Assembly: GCA_964347785.1 (NCBI GenBank)
Contig: CAYFZH010000003.1
Span: 1 to 38,469 of the forward strand
Direction: 5' to 3'
Source of the DNA: an uncultured Candidatus Saccharibacteria bacterium
GTDB taxonomy: Bacteria; Patescibacteriota; Minisyncoccia; Phycocordibacterales; Zambryskibacteraceae
Length of the DNA: 38,469 nt
Made by a program: the position numbers and the translations under genes
Notes under the pieces: generated by a model
The model's input: only the letters and a program-made list of their open reading frames with translations
Told to the model about the DNA's origin: nothing
Database searches by the model: none
Part shown: piece after piece, positions 8,369-17,450 of the stretch
Position numbering within the stretch: the first letter of the stretch is position 1
Layout of the letters: every line of letters starts with the position of its first letter

Positions 8369-8377
8369 TGTTATAAT
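8369..8377 (+). promoter_or_regulatory. Extended -10 element (TGtTATAAT) 10 nt upstream of the dnaE ATG
   Basis: TATAAT at 8372-8377 is preceded by TGT. The ATG is at 8388 and there is no SD. This implies a leaderless or near-leaderless mRNA. Confidence 0.4.
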
Positions 8378-8387
8378 TCGCCCATCA

Positions 8388-11300
8388 ATGACCTCGAAAC
8401 TCCCCCCATTCTCACACCTCCACACCCACTCTCACTACTCCCTCTTGGAAGCTCTGCCCAAGATCCCAGACCTAGTGAAGAAGGCAAAGAAACTCGGTAT
8501 GCCCGCTCTAGCTCTCACCGACTCAGGCAACCTCTACGGTGCTATAGAGTTCTACAAAGAATGCTTAGAAGCAGAGATTAAGCCCATCATCGGTGTCGAC
8601 TTCTACGTCGCTCCTCGCACTCGACACGACAAAGAGACTCAAGTAGACAGCCAACACACCCGCCTCATCCTCCTCGCAGAAAACTTGGAGGGTTACCACA
8701 ACCTTCTCAAACTCATCTCCGCCTCATATCTAGAAGGCTTCCACCACAAACCTCGCATCGACCGAGAACTTCTGGAGAAATACAACACAGGTCTCATCGC
8801 CATAGCCAAAGATGACAAATATTATTCAACCATCTTCGGCGATCGTTTCTACTTGGAAGATTCTCTTGCCATATACAACGTCCACTACCTCGAGCCAGCC
8901 GATAGGACTGCTTATGAGACCGTCCTCTCTATCCAAGGGCACCTAGGGGGAGAAACTCTCGATACCGAAGATGACCTGCACTTCCGCACTGTCAAAGAAG
9001 CTGAGACGGATTATAAAAAATCTCCAGAGAAACTGGCCCGAACTCAAGAAATAGTCGAGAGATGTAACCTCAAGCTCGAGCTCGGCAAGTGGGCATTCCC
9101 CAACATCGAGACCCCAGACGGTCTCACACCAGATGAGGCTCTGAGGAAGGTTGTCTTCGACGGTATCGAGAGAAGAAAGATCGAGCGTACACCAGAAGTC
9201 CTCGAGCGTATCGAATACGAACTCAAAGTGATCAAGGACAAGGGTTACCCCAAGTACTTCCTCGTCGTATCAGACCTCCTCCGCTTCGCTCACGAACACG
9301 GGATCCTAACCAACGTGAGAGGTTCTGTGGCAGGTTCGATAGTCACCTACTTATCAGGTATTACAAACATCAACCCTCTAGAATACAACCTCCCCTTCGA
9401 ACGTTTCCTAAACCCTGACCGCCCATCTGCACCCGATATCGACATGGACTTCGCTGATAATCGTCGAGACGAGGTGATCGAGTATGCCAGACAGAAGTAT
9501 GGTGCAGACAAGGTTGCGCAGATCGGTACCTTCGGCACTATGATGGCACGCGGTGCAGTCCGAGACGTCACTCGCGCCCTCGGCTTCCCTTACGCAATCG
9601 GTGACCAGATCGCGAAGCTCATCCCCATGGGCGCACAGGGCTTCCCTATGACTATCAAGAGGGCTTACAAAGAATCCCCCGAGCTCAAAGCTCTCGCTAC
9701 TTCAGACGAAGATGCCAAGACCATCCTCGATATGGCAGAGAAGTTGGAGGGCAACGCTCGCCACATCTCCGTGCACGCAGCGGGTGTCGTCATTTCCCCT
9801 ACACCGATGACCGACTTCACCCCACTTCAGTACGATACCAAGGGTGAGCAGAAGATTATCACTCAGTACGATATGTATTCTATCGACGAGAACAATGTCG
9901 GACTTCTCAAGTTCGACTTCCTCGGTATCCGAAACCTCGCCATCATTGCAGACACCTTTGAACGTATCAAGAAGCTAGAAAACAAGGAGGTCAAACTTGA
10001 AGACATCCCAGTAGATGACAAGAAGACCTTCGAAATGCTTGCTCGCGGAGAGACCGAGGGCACCTTCCAGCTCAACGGCTCGGGTATGACCAAGGCCCTC
10101 ATGGATCTTAAACCTACTGTCATCCACGACATCAACGTCATGGTCGCTCTCTACCGCCCAGGTCCGATGGACAACATCCAAGAATACATCGCGAGGAAAC
10201 ACGGTAGGAAGCCTGCCACCTTCCTCCACCCCAAGATGAAGACCTTCCTCGCTCCAACTTACGGCGTGCTCGTCTACCAAGACGACCTCCTGATGACCGC
10301 GATCGAGGTGGCAGGCTACACATGGGGCGAGGTCGACAAATTCCGCAAGGCGGTCGGCAAGAAGATCCCTGAGGAGATGAAGAAACAGCACGTCATGTTC
10401 GTCGACGGTTGTATCAAGCATGGTGGGATGAGTCGGGAGAAAGCTGAGGCCATCTGGGACCTCTTCGTCCCCTTCCAAGGTTACGGCTTCAACAAGGCGC
10501 ACGCTGCAAGCTACGGTCACATCGCCTATGTCACTGCTTATCTCAAGGCGAACTTCCCCGAGATCTACATGTCATCCGTCCTTACTGCTGAGTCTGGAGA
10601 TGTGGAAACTGTAGGGATCATGGTCAATGAATGTAAGAGGATGGGGATCGAGGTCCTCCCTCCTTCGATCAACGAGAGCTTCTCCCAATTCTCTGTTGTA
10701 CCCAAGGAAGGAGTAGATCATAAATACAAGATCCGCTTCGGTCTGACCACGATCAAGAACTTCGGCGAGAGTATTGCAAGCTCGATCACCGCAGAGAGGA
10801 AGCAGAACGGCAAGTTCCAGTCTCTCGCTGACTTCCTCGACCGGATCAGGGATAGAAATTTGAATAAAAAGTCTGTCGAAGCTCTGATCAAGTCTGGAGC
10901 ACTAGATGAATTTGGAGAAAGAGGACAACTCCTCGCCAACCTCGACACTCTCCTTGCCTACCACAAAGAGAGGACGAGCACTCCGGAGAACCAGAGTTCT
11001 CTCTTCGGTCTTATCGAAGACTCCGCAGTCCTACCTGCTCTAATACTACAAAGCGCACCCGAAGCAGAGATGAAGGACAAACTCTCTTGGGAGAAGGAGC
11101 TCCTGGGTCTCTATGTCTCTGGACACCCGCTCGACGCTTACAAGGAGAAATTTGAGAAAAGGGATGTGAACATCAAGAAGCTTGAGGAGTTCAAGGAGAA
11201 CGTGGAGACAGTTATCGGCGGGATCGTCACCGAAGCCCGTGATGTCCTGACCAAGAACAATGAACGTATGGTCTTTATGAAGCTTGCCGACTTCTCTGGC

Positions 11301-11444
11301 ACCATAGAGGTTGCCGTTTTCCCTCGTGTCTACAGTGAGTTCAGAGAATTTGTGAAGCCAGATGCCTGCATCGCCATCAAGGGCAAGGTGAGTAAGCGTA
11401 AGGGCGAGACCAGCTTTATTGCGGATAAGATTAAAGCATTGTAA
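8388..11444 (+). CDS. dnaE: DNA polymerase III alpha subunit
   Basis: PHP domain start FSHLHTHSHYSLLEA. Polymerase core motifs are DIDMDF and HAAGVVIS. An OB-fold tail is present. Length is 1018 aa. Confidence 0.95.
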   Translation: MTSKLPPFSHLHTHSHYSLLEALPKIPDLVKKAKKLGMPALALTDSGNLYGAIEFYKECLEAEIKPIIGVDFYVAPRTRHDKETQVDSQHTRLILLAENLEGYHNLLKLISASYLEGFHHKPRIDRELLEKYNTGLIAIAKDDKYYSTIFGDRFYLEDSLAIYNVHYLEPADRTAYETVLSIQGHLGGETLDTEDDLHFRTVKEAETDYKKSPEKLARTQEIVERCNLKLELGKWAFPNIETPDGLTPDEALRKVVFDGIERRKIERTPEVLERIEYELKVIKDKGYPKYFLVVSDLLRFAHEHGILTNVRGSVAGSIVTYLSGITNINPLEYNLPFERFLNPDRPSAPDIDMDFADNRRDEVIEYARQKYGADKVAQIGTFGTMMARGAVRDVTRALGFPYAIGDQIAKLIPMGAQGFPMTIKRAYKESPELKALATSDEDAKTILDMAEKLEGNARHISVHAAGVVISPTPMTDFTPLQYDTKGEQKIITQYDMYSIDENNVGLLKFDFLGIRNLAIIADTFERIKKLENKEVKLEDIPVDDKKTFEMLARGETEGTFQLNGSGMTKALMDLKPTVIHDINVMVALYRPGPMDNIQEYIARKHGRKPATFLHPKMKTFLAPTYGVLVYQDDLLMTAIEVAGYTWGEVDKFRKAVGKKIPEEMKKQHVMFVDGCIKHGGMSREKAEAIWDLFVPFQGYGFNKAHAASYGHIAYVTAYLKANFPEIYMSSVLTAESGDVETVGIMVNECKRMGIEVLPPSINESFSQFSVVPKEGVDHKYKIRFGLTTIKNFGESIASSITAERKQNGKFQSLADFLDRIRDRNLNKKSVEALIKSGALDEFGERGQLLANLDTLLAYHKERTSTPENQSSLFGLIEDSAVLPALILQSAPEAEMKDKLSWEKELLGLYVSGHPLDAYKEKFEKRDVNIKKLEEFKENVETVIGGIVTEARDVLTKNNERMVFMKLADFSGTIEVAVFPRVYSEFREFVKPDACIAIKGKVSKRKGETSFIADKIKAL

Positions 11445-11479
11445 AAGAAAAGCCCGTTCCCCCTTGTGGGAGAACGAGC
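11443..11479 (-). terminator. Hairpin terminator, best on the minus strand (after the 413-aa orphan)
   Basis: The GCCCGTTCCCCC / GGGAGAACGAGC stem pairs at 10 of 12 positions (11452-11479). The minus strand continues with TTTTCTTTT. Confidence 0.55.
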
Positions 11480-11498
11480 TTCGATACTGCTGTGACGC

Positions 11499-12740
11499 TC
11501 AGCGAGCGTAAGGACGGCAGATATCGCGTTTGATCGCCTGAAACCGCAGACGGAGCGTGCGGCGCTCCTTCGGAAGAGCGCCGATACTTACCGCAAGCAC
11601 TGGGTCACTGGTCCTCGGGCAGGTAAGGTACTGATAAGCTTCTTCAAGCTGTTGGCGCTCACGCTCCAAGACAGCCTGTCGCTTCGCGCTCCGATACTTA
11701 TCAGAAGACGTGTGGTTCTGCCACATTATCTTCGCGAAAAGTACCGCAATCACGAGTACCATGGCAATCAGAATCCCTAGAACCTCTGGATCCTTAAGTG
11801 CTAGCACCAAATCCCTCACCGCAGTACGGAAGAAACTCCACACCCCAATCCACACCACCCATACTACAGAGAGAAGTTCTCCATAGCTCATACTGAACTT
11901 CCAAGCAAGAAAGTGAAGTGGGATGAAGCAGAACAGATAGAAGAGAGGGCTCAGTAAGAAGTAATGAGATCTCTTCTGACCCTTCTTGTCATGAAGAGTC
12001 CATGCCGTGCGACGGAAGCCGTAAAACCTGCCATCAACTCGATGGTCAAACTCCGGCCAAATATCCCCGATACTCATAGTGAACGGATGAAGAATCGGAC
12101 GGAAGTTCAAACCTCTTGCACCGATAAGAGCGCAGTAGATGAAGGCAATGGTTGTCCCAATCGTCCGACAAACAAGGAACAACGCCATCCATAATGGCTG
12201 CCACGTGAAGGCGCCAATCAGACGCTTCCTGAACTGGCACTCATCAACAGGCTGATAGCTGTAGAGATAGTTGACCCACTTCTTGATAAGTGGATGCCAA
12301 TCTCTGGCGAAGTGTTCCGCTCCGACTGTGACATCGGTCTCGTAGCAATCGATCTGACTGTACCCATCATCCACAACAAACGGGTTCCCCACCTTCTCCC
12401 AGAAAGTGTTATTCTCAGTATCGAGAACGGAATAGTTGTACCCGTTTCTGTCTGATCGCTGTAGGAAATATGCCCTCAGCTTGGCAGCATCACTTCCCCA
12501 AAACAGGCGGGAGTGAATAGTGTGGGTACCGGGAAAGCGGAGCATGAGGTACGTCATCGCGTCGGTCAGAGGTAAGAGTTGTCTGTCTTCCTGTCCTCCC
12601 TCATACCGGACGACGATGAGAACGTGGACGTTCACAGCCTTGAGTTCGACGAGCTTAGCTTGGTCCTTCGGATCGAGGCACCACCGAATTCCCAGCGTGG
12701 GGTTCACAGCAGTGGGCTGATCCATGAGTAGTCTGAGCAC
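11499..12740 (-). CDS. Hypothetical multi-pass membrane protein, 413 aa, orphan
   Basis: GTG start with AAGGAGA 6 nt upstream. A soluble N-terminal ~170 aa is followed by several W/F/C-rich hydrophobic segments and a charged C-terminal tail (KRQAVLERERQQLEEAY). I recognise no family motif. Confidence 0.6.
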   Translation of the reverse strand: MLRLLMDQPTAVNPTLGIRWCLDPKDQAKLVELKAVNVHVLIVVRYEGGQEDRQLLPLTDAMTYLMLRFPGTHTIHSRLFWGSDAAKLRAYFLQRSDRNGYNYSVLDTENNTFWEKVGNPFVVDDGYSQIDCYETDVTVGAEHFARDWHPLIKKWVNYLYSYQPVDECQFRKRLIGAFTWQPLWMALFLVCRTIGTTIAFIYCALIGARGLNFRPILHPFTMSIGDIWPEFDHRVDGRFYGFRRTAWTLHDKKGQKRSHYFLLSPLFYLFCFIPLHFLAWKFSMSYGELLSVVWVVWIGVWSFFRTAVRDLVLALKDPEVLGILIAMVLVIAVLFAKIMWQNHTSSDKYRSAKRQAVLERERQQLEEAYQYLTCPRTSDPVLAVSIGALPKERRTLRLRFQAIKRDICRPYAR

Positions 12741-12879
12741 ATCTGTCTCCTTAGAGTAAAGGTACGAAAACTACGGGCATCAGCCAGTAATTCTGGCGAA
12801 GACAATAATAGAATTATTACAACTTGTCAATACAACTTAGGTTCTTTAAATAAGGTGTTTTTCTGCTATTATTTCTCTT

Positions 12880-14100
12880 ATGTCAGAACTCGAACAGAAC
12901 GACCATAGAAGGATTGGGCAAGAGCTAGATCTCTTTGTCTTCTCTGAGCTGGTAGGTCCCGGACTTCCCATGTGGACTCCTCGTGGCACCGTCGTACGAC
13001 AAGAGCTCGACAACTTCGTCTGGGAGCTCAGGAGCAAGCACGGCTACGACCGCGTCACTATCCCCCACATCACCAAGCGTGAGCTCTACAACACCTCTGG
13101 TCACTGGGAGAAGTTTGCCGAAGACCTGTTCAAAATTATTTCTCGAGAAGGCAAGGAGTACGCTCTGAAGCCGATGAACTGCCCCCACCACACTCAGATC
13201 TTCGCTAGGAAACCTCATTCGTACCGTGAGATGCCTCAGAGATACGCTGAGACCACCATGGTCTACCGCGACGAGCAGTCAGGCGAGCTCGGAGGTCTCA
13301 CTCGTGTACTGTCTATCACTCAAGACGACTCGCACGTCTTCTGTCGTACCAACCAGATCAAGGATGAGTTCCTGAAAATCTGGGACATCGTCGACACTTT
13401 CTACAAAACCTTCGGCTTCTCTCTCCGCGTCCGACTCTCCTTCCGTGACCCAGCTACTCCAGAGAAATATCTCGGCACCAAGGAGATCTGGGACCACGCT
13501 GAGCAAGCTCTCCGAGAGATTGCAGAGGAAAGAAAGGCTGATGCCTTCGAAGGTCTGGGTGAAGCTGCTCTCTACGGACCCAAGCTCGACTTCATGGCGA
13601 AGAACTCCGCTGGTCGCGAGTGGCAAGTCGCTACCATCCAGCTCGATATGAACCTCCCAGAGCGCTTCGACCTCTCTTGTACCAATGAGAAGGGTGAGAA
13701 GGAGCGCATCGTCATGATCCACTCTGCTATCACCGGCTCTATAGAACGTTGTGTAGCAGTCCTCCTCGAACACCTTGAAGGCAAGCTTCCTACTTGGCTC
13801 TGCCCAGTACAGGTTAAGGTTCTCCCTATCGGTGAGAGCCAGTTTGAATACGCCAAAGAAGTTACCCAGAAGCTAAAAGGTGCCAACATCCGCGTCGAGC
13901 TAGACGAGTCCAGCGAGAGTCTAGGCAAGAAGATTGCGAAGTACAAGACCGAACGTGCCCCCTACGCACTAGTCATTGGAGACAAAGAAGTTGAGAGTAA
14001 AAATATAACAGTTGAGAGTCGCGACAAGGGCAAACTCGGACAACTATCTGTCGATGAGCTAGTTTTGAAATTGAAAGAGGAAATAGTAGATAGAAAATAA
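12880..14100 (+). CDS. thrS: Threonyl-tRNA synthetase, catalytic core plus anticodon-binding domain only (406 aa)
   Basis: It starts at the DHRRIGQELDLFVF motif that opens the ThrRS catalytic domain. Class II motifs (YALKPMNCPHH, FRDEQSGELGGLTRV) are present. No TGS or N2 editing region is present. Confidence 0.9.
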   Translation: MSELEQNDHRRIGQELDLFVFSELVGPGLPMWTPRGTVVRQELDNFVWELRSKHGYDRVTIPHITKRELYNTSGHWEKFAEDLFKIISREGKEYALKPMNCPHHTQIFARKPHSYREMPQRYAETTMVYRDEQSGELGGLTRVLSITQDDSHVFCRTNQIKDEFLKIWDIVDTFYKTFGFSLRVRLSFRDPATPEKYLGTKEIWDHAEQALREIAEERKADAFEGLGEAALYGPKLDFMAKNSAGREWQVATIQLDMNLPERFDLSCTNEKGEKERIVMIHSAITGSIERCVAVLLEHLEGKLPTWLCPVQVKVLPIGESQFEYAKEVTQKLKGANIRVELDESSESLGKKIAKYKTERAPYALVIGDKEVESKNITVESRDKGKLGQLSVDELVLKLKEEIVDRK

Positions 14101-14110
14101 TACATTGAGA

Positions 14111-14148
14111 AAGGGCGGGCCACGCGATGTGGCTCGCCCTTTTGTATT
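14111..14148. terminator. Bidirectional hairpin terminator between thrS and the vWA gene
   Basis: AAGGGCGGGCCAC-GCGAT-GTGGCTCGCCCTT (13-bp stem with one G.U) is followed by TTGTATTT on the plus strand. Confidence 0.7.
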
Positions 14149-14985
14149 TCAGTACGGGACGTATTGCCCGCTGGTCTTGCCGGCCAAACGCTGGAGGTTA
14201 TCCTCACAAGCGTATCGACCACCGTCAGGCAAACAGGTCGCGACGACCGGAGGAAGGAACATGGGTCGCCCCCAGCTCCAGCCCATCGGCCAGTCGTCAC
14301 CCGGCTCGTCCGTGATGAGGATGATCGAGTCGGGGTCGTCTTCGTCGGCCTTCTTCAAGGCCTCGAAGGTGTTCTCCACTGCCCCGTGAGGAGAAATGTT
14401 CACGAACCCTTCCGGATCGATCTTCCGGACCTCACCGTCCGCGTAGAGCCAGATGCCGATGAGCTCCTTGCCTTGGTCCTGCAAAGCGGCGGAGTAGAAC
14501 GAGGCCACAGTGGCCCGATCGTTGTCCATCGAACCCGACTCGTCGATGACGAGAGCGACCCGCTTGCCCACGACCTTGGTCACCACCGCATTGATCTGCG
14601 GCGGAGCTTCGGCCATCGGGATGTTCAGAAACATCCCCGGCACGAGCGTGTTACCGTACGGCTTCCGGAACCTGTCGTTACAGAATGTTCCGGAGCGCCG
14701 CGGGTTGTCCCGATACTTCCGAGACAAGTCGCCACAGATGCGGTCGTACTGCGTCTGCAGATACGACTCGTTGACGTACAGCATCGTCGCACGCTGGACC
14801 GTGTAGCGGTCCGCGATCAGGTTCAGGTACTCGCCACGACGCACCTCGTGCGTCCCCTGGATGGCGAGGCGCTTCTCCCCACTCCCAACCGAGGGAGAGG
14901 GAGCCTTGAGCCAGTTGAAAAGCAGGACCAACAGAACGAGAACGAACGCGACGCCGCCGACCTTCTTCAGGTGCTGTGTATGCAC
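14149..14985 (-). CDS. Membrane-anchored protein with a LysM-like segment and a von Willebrand factor A (vWA) domain
   Basis: GTG start with AAGGAGG 4 nt upstream. The N-terminal hydrophobic anchor is VGGVAFVLVLLVLLF. The LysM-like segment is HEVRRGEYLNLIADRYTV...LVPGMFLNIP. A MIDAS-type motif (VALVIDESGSMD) is followed later by IILITDE. Local GC is about 60 percent. Confidence 0.7.
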   Translation of the reverse strand: MHTQHLKKVGGVAFVLVLLVLLFNWLKAPSPSVGSGEKRLAIQGTHEVRRGEYLNLIADRYTVQRATMLYVNESYLQTQYDRICGDLSRKYRDNPRRSGTFCNDRFRKPYGNTLVPGMFLNIPMAEAPPQINAVVTKVVGKRVALVIDESGSMDNDRATVASFYSAALQDQGKELIGIWLYADGEVRKIDPEGFVNISPHGAVENTFEALKKADEDDPDSIILITDEPGDDWPMGWSWGRPMFLPPVVATCLPDGGRYACEDNLQRLAGKTSGQYVPY

Positions 14986-15071
14986 GTTGCCTCCTTAAGA
15001 ACAGTGGGGAAATCACCCCAACTTTATACACTACATCATAGTTTATAGATAAAAGTCAAGTGCTCGTAATT

Positions 15072-15106
15072 TATAAGAAAAAGCGACGGACCGGTGAGGA
15101 TCCGCC
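15072..15106 (-). terminator. Rho-independent terminator after the 99-aa ORF
   Basis: On the minus strand, the hairpin GCGGATCC-TCACC-GGTCCG(TC)GC is followed by TTTTTCTTAT. Confidence 0.5.
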
Positions 15107-15123
15107 ACTCAACTTCGACGACA

Positions 15124-15423
15124 CTAGCTCACTAGGGCCTCGATGCAGTGCTCGTCACACGCTCGAGTGTAGGTCACGATATCACCCTCGCGCACAAGGC
15201 GACGACGGATAACTCGTTCTATCTTGTCGACCATCTCCTGAGCTAGCCCCACCCGCTGAAGACCCTCCCCCATGAGAATTTCTGTAAAGGTAAAAATGAG
15301 CGAGCATGCAGACATGCGTTTGCAACGTGGGCATCGGAATCCAGTCTCATCTGGCATGGCCGAGGAAGTCACGTAATACAAACGACCGTCAACAGGAACT
15401 TCTACACGGATGCCTGAGTACAT
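15124..15423 (-). CDS. Hypothetical Cys-containing protein, 99 aa, orphan
   Basis: ATG with GAGGAGG 7 nt upstream. It has CPRC plus further Cys residues (CSL, CDEHC). GC is about 55 percent. It has its own terminator. Confidence 0.55.
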   Translation of the reverse strand: MYSGIRVEVPVDGRLYYVTSSAMPDETGFRCPRCKRMSACSLIFTFTEILMGEGLQRVGLAQEMVDKIERVIRRRLVREGDIVTYTRACDEHCIEALVS

Positions 15424-15489
15424 CTAGACGCCTCCTCACATATATAAACATGAAGTAGATGAAGGAGGGGTGAACTCAGACTTAGTATT

Positions 15490-16947
15490 CTAATTCCTAG
15501 GTCGCATTAGAGGGAAGAGTTGAGTCTCCCTTAGAGGCTTGTCGGCAAGAAAAGAGAAGAGGCGTTCACCGAAGCCGAAGCCAAAAGTAGGTGGCATACC
15601 ATGCTCTAGCATTTCGACGAAGTCATGATCAGGCATCATAGCTTCCTCATCTCCCCCCTCTATAAGCTCCTTTTGTTTACCGAATCTCTCCATCTGGTCA
15701 ATAGGATCATTGAGTTCTGCATGAGCGCGACCAATCTCACTTCCAGCGATAATCACTTGGAAAGTTTTAGTCAATTTATCATTATCTGAGTGCTCTTTAG
15801 AAAGCGGGGCAACAAGTTTCGGATGATTGATAAGGAAGGCGGGACCAGAGATAGACTTCCTACAGTACTTCCACAAACTATCTGTCATCCTCTCACGATT
15901 TTCACCATCATACTTCACTCCAAGATCATTGAGCTTGCCCTTGAGAGTCTCCTCACTATCATTTAGCACATCGATACCTGTCATAGACTTTACAGTCTCG
16001 ACATAATCAAGCTCCTGCCACTCATCTGACAAATCGAATGTGTGCCCACGTGTCTCAAACTTGGTCGTACCGAAGACTTCTTGAGCTATAGTTCTATATA
16101 ATTTCTTAACCAACTCTTTACCATCATCGAAATTTGTATAAGATGCATAGAACTCCATGTTGGTGAACTCTTGCAAGTGTTCTGGAGAAGAACCTTCGTT
16201 TCTATACACACGTCCAATCTCGAAAGTCTTATCAAATCCTGCCGCCATTAGTCTCTTCTGCCATAATTCACCCACAGATATACGAAGATAAACACCAAGG
16301 TCGAAATCGTTGTGATGCGTCTTGAATGGTCTTGCCTCTGCCCCACCAGTCGTCACCTCCAGAGTAGGAGTCTCCACCTCCATGAACCCCTCTTTCTTGA
16401 GGAAGTTTCTTGTCACATCCCAAAACTTAGACTTCTTGAGGAAGATTTCCTTAATCTCTGGGTTGGAGATAATATCTAGATAACGTTTACGGAATCTCTC
16501 TTCCACATCCTGTAAGCCATGCCACTTCTCTGGTAGTGGAAGAAGAGACTTGGAAAGCATACGGATATTTTCTACCAAAACTGTCTTCTCACCGTTCTTG
16601 GTTAAGAAAAGGGTACCAGCAAACTCAGCAAAATCACCAATGTCAAAAGCTTTCTCAAAAAGTTCAAACATCTCTTCTGATAAAGGCTCGCCTTTCTTGA
16701 GAAGAGCTTGGAACTTCCCTGTGCCATCATCAAAATCAAGGAAAATAATCTTACCCTGTCCACGGATAGAGAGGATACGCCCAGCGAGAGTTAGGGACTT
16801 ACCCTCTTTTAATTCATCGAACCTGTCTATGGCTTCGTGATTAGAAATCTCACGCAAAGAATCGGCAGGATACGGATCTATACCCTGTTCCTTGAGATAT
16901 TTTAATTTCGCAAGACGCGTAGAACGTATTTCTTCTAATGAAGCCAT
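15490..16947 (-). CDS. lysS: Lysyl-tRNA synthetase, class II
   Basis: LRISVGELWQKRLMAAGFDKTFEIGRVYRNEGSSPEHLQEFTNMEFY and the C-terminal GMPPTFGFGFGERL are LysRS-II hallmarks. The gene is noticeably AT-richer than its neighbours. Confidence 0.95.
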   Translation of the reverse strand: MASLEEIRSTRLAKLKYLKEQGIDPYPADSLREISNHEAIDRFDELKEGKSLTLAGRILSIRGQGKIIFLDFDDGTGKFQALLKKGEPLSEEMFELFEKAFDIGDFAEFAGTLFLTKNGEKTVLVENIRMLSKSLLPLPEKWHGLQDVEERFRKRYLDIISNPEIKEIFLKKSKFWDVTRNFLKKEGFMEVETPTLEVTTGGAEARPFKTHHNDFDLGVYLRISVGELWQKRLMAAGFDKTFEIGRVYRNEGSSPEHLQEFTNMEFYASYTNFDDGKELVKKLYRTIAQEVFGTTKFETRGHTFDLSDEWQELDYVETVKSMTGIDVLNDSEETLKGKLNDLGVKYDGENRERMTDSLWKYCRKSISGPAFLINHPKLVAPLSKEHSDNDKLTKTFQVIIAGSEIGRAHAELNDPIDQMERFGKQKELIEGGDEEAMMPDHDFVEMLEHGMPPTFGFGFGERLFSFLADKPLRETQLFPLMRPRN

Positions 16948-17409
16948 TTACTTAATGTCGATAATCTTATACGACATTGTACCACTCGGGGTTTCAAATG
17001 AGAATGTATCCCCCTTCTTCTTACCCATTGCTCCCAGACCTAGAGGAGAACGCATTGAGATCTTGCCGATAGAGGCGTCGGCTTCTTCGGAACCCACAAT
17101 AGTGAGTTTTCGCACAGTCTTGTCACCCACTTTCTCGACAGAGATAGAGGAACCTACCGCCACCACCTCACCGTTGTTGATAGAGACGATTGATGCGGTC
17201 TTCAGTATTTGTTCAAGACGATTAATCCTGTCTTCGAGGACAGCTTGTGCGTCGCGGGCTTCTTGGTATTCCTGATTTTCTGATAGGTCACCGAGAGATT
17301 TGGCATACTCGAGAGCTTCTGCAATCTCTTTTCTCTTAGAAGTCTTGAGGAGTTCTAGCTCCTTCTTGAGGTCATTAAATTTCTCTTTGGTCAAGTATTC
17401 TGTTTCCAT
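16948..17409 (-). CDS. greA: Transcription elongation factor GreA
   Basis: The N-terminal coiled coil contains GDLSENQEYQEARDAQ. A C-terminal FKBP-like domain is present. The stop abuts the lysS ATG. Confidence 0.9.
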   Translation of the reverse strand: METEYLTKEKFNDLKKELELLKTSKRKEIAEALEYAKSLGDLSENQEYQEARDAQAVLEDRINRLEQILKTASIVSINNGEVVAVGSSISVEKVGDKTVRKLTIVGSEEADASIGKISMRSPLGLGAMGKKKGDTFSFETPSGTMSYKIIDIK

Positions 17410-17421
17410 ATATTGAAGGTT

Positions 17422-17450
17422 ATCTTACAGCCACTCTCGTTTAAGTGCAA
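17422..17450 (-). promoter_or_regulatory. Candidate sigma70-type promoter for greA (TTGCAC-17-TAAGAT)
   Basis: The -10 TAAGAT (17422-17427, minus strand) lies 12 nt upstream of the ATG. The -35 TTGCAC is at 17445-17450. No SD is present. Confidence 0.4.

Noticed and set aside
9975-10520. A 181-aa minus-strand ORF inside dnaE. Similar antisense ORFs lie inside thrS (13279-13773), rpsA (37147-37716, 37337-37795), gyrA and the FAD oxidoreductase.
   Set aside because: They are fully embedded antisense to strongly supported conserved genes, with no start context and biased composition typical of shadow frames.
14164-15048. A 294-aa plus-strand ORF, with further ORFs at 14510-14806 and 14678-15031
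   Set aside because: It is antisense to the vWA/LysM gene in a ~60 percent GC stretch, where long shadow ORFs arise by chance. The product is Arg/Pro/Val-rich low-complexity sequence with no SD or promoter. The minus-strand frame carries real domain motifs.
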